64,000 nucleotides of DNA from Promethearchaeota archaeon (GTDB taxonomy: Archaea > Asgardarchaeota > Lokiarchaeia > Sigyniarchaeales > SOKP01), in the NCBI GenBank assembly GCA_016926735.1, contig JAFGOA010000066.1, positions 36,675-100,674 of the forward strand, read 5' to 3'. The notes beneath the pieces were generated by a model. It was not told the DNA's origin. It worked only from the letters and a program-made list of their open reading frames with translations, and did not search any database. The translations under genes and the position numbers were made by a program. Of this stretch, positions 59,401 through 64,000 are shown in pieces (positions within the stretch are counted from its first letter, which is position 1; every line of letters begins with the position of its first letter).

Positions 59401-62400
59401 ATAGTAGTTTCACAAGAAAGTTGTTTAGATGATCAATATCATAGCAGTTATGCTAGAGGTTCAGGAACATACAGTGAATTTTCTCATGGAGTATATGCCG
59501 AAGAAACGCAAATAAATGATGGTGGTGAACGAAATCATGATGATGAATATTTTGGTTATTTTGTGTTTGAGAAAGAATTCTCTTTTGAAAAAAAACCTGA
59601 TCTTGCATTTCAAGCAAAATTTAATGAAAATGAGGGAGATACAACTTATGATTCAATATATAATTTAGAAGGTAATTTTCAAGGAACACCTGTATGGACG
59701 AATGGAAGATATGATTCTGGTCTTAGTTTTGATAGTAATTTAGATTATATCGAATATGGAGATATATTAGATGACGCTTTCTCATATCGACAACAATTTG
59801 TTATTACTGCTTGGATACATCCATTAGAAATTAATTCTATTCAAAATCAAAACGGTATGAAGAATGTGTTTTTTACCAAGGAGGGTATTATAGAATTAGG
59901 AGTCAATGAGAGCGGATATCTTCAAGTATATATAAATTCAATTGAAGTCGATATTTATGCAGAATATGGGATTAATAATGCAATTAGAGAAAATCAATGG
60001 ACATTTATAGCCCTTAGATATTTCAAGGGAGATATCGATGTCTATATTGGTGATACTTGGTATTATTCTGCATGTGGAAATAATGATGAACCATGGTTAA
60101 TAAGTTCTTTAACTGTTGAAGGAGAGAACCTAGTTATAGGAGCAGATATTAATCATTTATCAAGCTTTATTGGTATAATTGATGATGTTTCTGTTTTTAG
60201 ATACAGTATAAATACATATGAGATTGAACAACATAAAGGATATGACACTCTAACAACTGTTTGTGAAGTATTAAAAGAAGATGGAAATGGAGATTGGAGG
60301 CCAATAACTATTCAAAACGAGAGAATAAATGGACATATTTTATTCAGAGTATATGCGCTCTCATACAGAAAGGTTGATATTGATAAGATGACATTTTATC
60401 TTTCAACTACAAGACCAAATCTTATAAATCCTGAAGATGAATCAAATTGGATTTCATTTAAAGAATTTAATTATAATGATGATGTGTATTCCTATGTAAT
60501 GAATTCATATGATCTTCCTGATAACAACTCGTGGTATTTTATCACGAAAGCTATTGATACGGAAGGATTTATGGTATATAATTCATATAAATATTCAAAT
60601 GAAGATTTAGCTTTTGCGGCAATCTATTTCACAAATTCTCCGCACTTCTATTATATAGATAAAAATGGAAGAATAAATCAAAACTCATGTATTAGATTTG
60701 ATGTAGAAGAAGATGCACAACCTCATGTTGAATGTGTAGATATTTATATAGGATATCAAAATAAATATTATAAATTAAATGAAAATACAATTCCTTTTAT
60801 AGGAATAACTAACAATAATTTTCTATACCAATTAGGTTTATTAAATGAATGGATTAATCTTAAAGAATTACCTCCAAATGAGTATGAGATTAATTTTACA
60901 ATTCAACTCAATTTAAATTATGATGAATTTGGTCTTTATTCATATAATTATTCTTTAAATCCTATTATATTAGATAATGAAGGTCCTCAGAATATTGAAA
61001 TATTATCTTTTGAAGATAATCCCACATTATATAATCTCGATTGGGAACAAAAATATGATGATATCTCTAATTATTTACTTTCTTTTGGTTTTCATTATAA
61101 TACTGATGACTTTAACCATTCAATTATTGAATATAAATATCGTTCTACAACAAGTAATGAATGGATAAAATATGGAACTATTAAAAAGCAAGATAGTACA
61201 ACGAACACAATAAACACAAACATCAATATTTTAAGTTTAAAAGATGATATAATTGATTTTCGATTTGTGTCATATGATAATTTAGGAAATTCAAAGATTT
61301 ATGATAGTATAACAGATCTATATATTCAAAAGGATATGGATAATAATATCCAATTTCAAGTTTTAGGTATAGAGGATACACAAATTTATGAACTGGGAGA
61401 AGATGATATGATATCTTTAAGTGTAGATATAATACCTTTTGATAATGACATAGATAAAGTTAAAATATACACATTATATGAGTCATTTTACTTAAGTAGA
61501 AGTATTCAAGAGAATCTAATTAGATTCTCTGATACAATCAAGTTAGATTCAATATATTATAATATTTTTGCTTCAGAATTTGCATCTATTCCAATTAATA
61601 TAGAGCTTTATCAGCAAAATAAATTAATCTCAGATGAAATAATCCTAATTACAGTTACAGATACATTATTCCAAGATAAAATAAATATTTCAGATATTAG
61701 CTATGATGATCAAATTAGCGAAAATAACATTATAATGAGTCTTGAAACTAATTTAAATACTTATAGTAATGCACATTCAATACCATATTTAATAAAAGAT
61801 AAAAATCCAATATTAAATCTATATAATCAAAAAGATCATTTGATCAAATCTATTACTTTTTCTCCTAATTCAGATGGGGTAGATTCATATATCTACAATG
61901 AAGGATATATTGAAATAACAAATAATAAGTTTGTATTACCTTTTCCATCTCTAGTTGGAGAAAATGCAATAACAACCATAAATAGCATTAAAATTAAACA
62001 AATAGAATACGATTTTATGTATTTTATTGATGATATGAATGGAGAAATATCAATTAAAATTTTGAGTGATATTAATTTAGATGGTATATATGGTGTATCT
62101 GAACCTATTGAAATAGATTATTCTTATTCTTTAAGTAGTAAAAGTAATAACCAATATTTAGCAAGTCTTAATTTTCAAAATATTAAACAAGGTATTTATT
62201 ATGCTGTAAGCGAATTCTATGATATATTAGGTAGTATTTCAACATTTACAATAGATGATATTATTATAGATTTTTCAGGACCGGAAATATTTGCTCAATT
62301 TGAAGATGGATGCGCTATTAATCCAAATAATGGAGTTATCTCCTTTATTATTAATGATTTATCTGGTGTTAAAGAATATAATTTTATAGAAAACATTGAA

Positions 62401-64000
62401 GAAGAAGGACAAGGATATTGGATTGTAGATGGTAATAATTATACATTTTATTTTAATAATTACAATTATCAAAATCAATTAGAAACATTTGAACTTAGAG
62501 TAGTAGATAATAAAGATCAAGTTAGTTTATATGAAATATCTCTTTTATTTGATGATACAGAACCCAGTTTTATTTTAAATCATAATCCATACCCCCAATA
62601 TTGGAGTGGACTTCTCTATGTGGATGTGGATATTAATGATATTTCAAAATTTAATATTAGTCTTCAAATAGAACATATACTTTCGGGTACTATTTATTCT
62701 GATTTGCAGATAACTATAATTGAAGGTGAAAATAATAATTTTGAAATTTTACTTGATACTAATCAAATTTCAAATGGGAAATATAATATAAAATTAATTG
62801 CGATAGATGAGGCAGGAAATATAGGTAATTTTGAAATCGCAGACTTATATTTTGATAATGAGAATCCCAGATTAAAATCAATTACAGATAATATATTTGT
62901 TAATAATGAATTAGTTTATTATAACGATATCTCTAGTATTTTATATTTTAATGATGAAAAATACATTAACATTACAGCTTATGATAATACATTTGATGAT
63001 TTTAATTGGGATATAAATCCAACAATTAAGGAACAATTAGGTATCAGTCAAATTAAAATGTATTTTACAAATCCCTTATCTTGGGAACACATTCCAATAA
63101 AAGGAGAACTTAGTTATGATATTCTTACTTATGAAATAGACAACGATCTTATGGATGTTAAAAATATTAAAGATATAAAATCATTTAGAATTTTAATTGA
63201 GGATAAAGAATATCGTATCGATAAATTTTCATTATATCAAGATGGCGAAAAGCTTTATTTTGAGATTGATGAAGAATATACATACCTTTTATCCCCCGAA
63301 AACACATTTAAGCTTGAGGCATTATGTTATGTACTAGATAAAGAATCTGAATATTCAATAAATCTTGTTTATAATAATATCTATAATTATTGGAGCCCTA
63401 AATCAGTTGGACAACAATATTTCGCAATTACAGATTATTTAGATATATCTGAAGGGGAAGAATTTCTATTTTGGTTTAAAATTACAGATGCTATTGGTAT
63501 CATAGATAGTAGTTGTTCTAATGATTTTATTTCTCAAAAATATAGAGGAATTTACGATAATAAAATAAATTCAAATGGAAATGATATATTTGAATGGAAT
63601 CTTGGTGAAAATTCTAATGGACAAGGAATTGTAATTTTTGGCAGTGAAGATTATTCAGATTCTACTTTTAAAATAAATATAAGTTCAATCGAATCAACAA
63701 TAGATGGAATGAGTGATATTGATAGAATCTATATCTATGGATCAGAAAATAATAATGACTTTGTTAAATTAGGACGAGCTTATTATTCTGGTGAAGATGA
63801 TTTATGGAATTTTTATTGGAATCCTAAAAATCCAAATGATCTACCACAAAATTACTATATTCAAGTACTTATTTTTGATAATGCCGGTAACACATTTGAA
63901 TTAGTTGATTTTCCTGGAACATATAGTTTTGAAGATGAAGTAGATGGTGAATCCGGTATAGATATAGATTTTGTAGATGTGGATACATCTGTCCCTGATA
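56416..64000 (+). CDS. Second giant protein (>2520 aa, 3'-truncated by the window): ~11-TM N-terminal module, three H-type-lectin-like repeats, LamG domain, Ig-like repeats
   Basis: ATG 56416 (or 56425). No stop found in the segments translated, and no ORF in this frame appears in the track. TM block about 56780-57840; repeats 58750-59575; LamG 59596-60235 (FNENEG, ITAWIHP, WTFIAL, FIGIIDDV); Ig-like LDT..ISNG.Y...AIDEAGN. Confidence 0.88.
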   Translation, partial: MIKMKKETLNEINLKRLEESNKGPFWRNNPEIQNFPLVHYKRPIKRVEWKKKNIAGNMDSETKSQYNTTSSITINLVSEIKQSCLLFRRKVSISNIRQKYDSFKSKLHSSIGKVIESDKITKWSAGISLFAPLIFMIFYILSCGYSLPSQMIHNFSWFALVNIFFLTYIYLYNYNRILHFRYKLFILLSYVIEISFSFQIIFNHSIIIWSVFTPLILTLHFFLSRNQEKSNFQKLRNSIVNFYLGFVILGLFIFSSGITILYNYTGAINKNLSLYFLAFEYVIIIIYLTQRCLNVQRKRIVIIFIVFILSFLSLSIYSLFLIGKESTSFFIFPVLIILSEILYRNKSKLDIYFTKLEKSFSFLYTIRKNDFMLYSNLTLFSITIILFFTYPPFVIIPILLMIIPSIVFSIKSKSRLKRNVKIAKRTSNKVVKALGLPEQKLNKQLFQERLEGKNQVAAVLVLIFLIILPILFTLQSIITIDSPLIESSRINRSQRINSDKIDYNNLDFGNIDEMDSLSINDMFVTRCISSISLTESAQMFYRFYPQDDVHHVEGMLKRNFYDFLSGYLIGPQKDSYIYTDIKLDQQNLLPGTYKVQAIYSVLNWFNTHRSQPVEFMVTLEKDDLSVKGNNPYNFEVDYGAVYTIDYNDHWSVIYNGKVLNSAGKPFTNKNITLYLEKNNRYQELTTLLTDENGNFYHEEQVYGSFEINALAKIEYEGDGLYNKLVYNEYAGLETSVEGDRFFIDENKDGIPEWPFTLYDLINALQDSGENPQVEPILKFEIGKITLDKSIDKGLIFDVIFDNEYVDPVVIAYIQTRNGAQSVQVRVTDITSTSCSIFMEENDNENHNSEDIGYLIMERGSWELPDGTKVEAGKIITDNTHIHETPFGGVKVDFTQNFASTPIVLHTLDTYNNLDFTHSIIHDVNSSSFMIQQETGKSPITTTEETIGWIAIDANVNGYIEGIKYETGLINDNIADGIDESEQIITYSHSFSEIPIIVVSQESCLDDQYHSSYARGSGTYSEFSHGVYAEETQINDGGERNHDDEYFGYFVFEKEFSFEKKPDLAFQAKFNENEGDTTYDSIYNLEGNFQGTPVWTNGRYDSGLSFDSNLDYIEYGDILDDAFSYRQQFVITAWIHPLEINSIQNQNGMKNVFFTKEGIIELGVNESGYLQVYINSIEVDIYAEYGINNAIRENQWTFIALRYFKGDIDVYIGDTWYYSACGNNDEPWLISSLTVEGENLVIGADINHLSSFIGIIDDVSVFRYSINTYEIEQHKGYDTLTTVCEVLKEDGNGDWRPITIQNERINGHILFRVYALSYRKVDIDKMTFYLSTTRPNLINPEDESNWISFKEFNYNDDVYSYVMNSYDLPDNNSWYFITKAIDTEGFMVYNSYKYSNEDLAFAAIYFTNSPHFYYIDKNGRINQNSCIRFDVEEDAQPHVECVDIYIGYQNKYYKLNENTIPFIGITNNNFLYQLGLLNEWINLKELPPNEYEINFTIQLNLNYDEFGLYSYNYSLNPIILDNEGPQNIEILSFEDNPTLYNLDWEQKYDDISNYLLSFGFHYNTDDFNHSIIEYKYRSTTSNEWIKYGTIKKQDSTTNTINTNINILSLKDDIIDFRFVSYDNLGNSKIYDSITDLYIQKDMDNNIQFQVLGIEDTQIYELGEDDMISLSVDIIPFDNDIDKVKIYTLYESFYLSRSIQENLIRFSDTIKLDSIYYNIFASEFASIPINIELYQQNKLISDEIILITVTDTLFQDKINISDISYDDQISENNIIMSLETNLNTYSNAHSIPYLIKDKNPILNLYNQKDHLIKSITFSPNSDGVDSYIYNEGYIEITNNKFVLPFPSLVGENAITTINSIKIKQIEYDFMYFIDDMNGEISIKILSDINLDGIYGVSEPIEIDYSYSLSSKSNNQYLASLNFQNIKQGIYYAVSEFYDILGSISTFTIDDIIIDFSGPEIFAQFEDGCAINPNNGVISFIINDLSGVKEYNFIENIEEEGQGYWIVDGNNYTFYFNNYNYQNQLETFELRVVDNKDQVSLYEISLLFDDTEPSFILNHNPYPQYWSGLLYVDVDINDISKFNISLQIEHILSGTIYSDLQITIIEGENNNFEILLDTNQISNGKYNIKLIAIDEAGNIGNFEIADLYFDNENPRLKSITDNIFVNNELVYYNDISSILYFNDEKYINITAYDNTFDDFNWDINPTIKEQLGISQIKMYFTNPLSWEHIPIKGELSYDILTYEIDNDLMDVKNIKDIKSFRILIEDKEYRIDKFSLYQDGEKLYFEIDEEYTYLLSPENTFKLEALCYVLDKESEYSINLVYNNIYNYWSPKSVGQQYFAITDYLDISEGEEFLFWFKITDAIGIIDSSCSNDFISQKYRGIYDNKINSNGNDIFEWNLGENSNGQGIVIFGSEDYSDSTFKINISSIESTIDGMSDIDRIYIYGSENNNDFVKLGRAYYSGEDDLWNFYWNPKNPNDLPQNYYIQVLIFDNAGNTFELVDFPGTYSFEDEVDGESGIDIDFVDVDTSVPD

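Overview
Very AT-rich archaeal DNA. The gene content points to Asgard archaea of Lokiarchaeia type: a gelsolin-domain protein, longin/uDENN-like domains, a small GTPase, Loki-CTERM-like tails, a BHB-intron tRNA, Nre and PAC2. The window holds cimA, tRNA-Leu(CAG) with a 19-nt intron, a coiled-coil/winged-helix gene pair, a divergent wtpABC / moaC-moaA-moaD-moaE-moeA-moaB-moeA cluster with two ModE-box-like palindromes, a MoxR/VWA pair, secreted beta-helix and subtilase proteins, a 3975-aa giant surface protein followed by a small membrane protein, a GTPase/longin-wHTH operon and a decayed tnpB fragment. A second giant ORF (>2500 aa, absent from the ORF track) runs off the right edge. Most notable: (1) an unannotated Ile-rich leader ORF with hairpins upstream of citramalate synthase, a candidate ribosome-sensed attenuator in an archaeon; (2) the giant protein's nested domain insertions, Cys/His/Trp repeat island and toxin/immunity-like end; (3) several genes that seem to need non-AUG (ATT/ATC) starts. 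All family calls come from reading motifs by eye; no searches were run.
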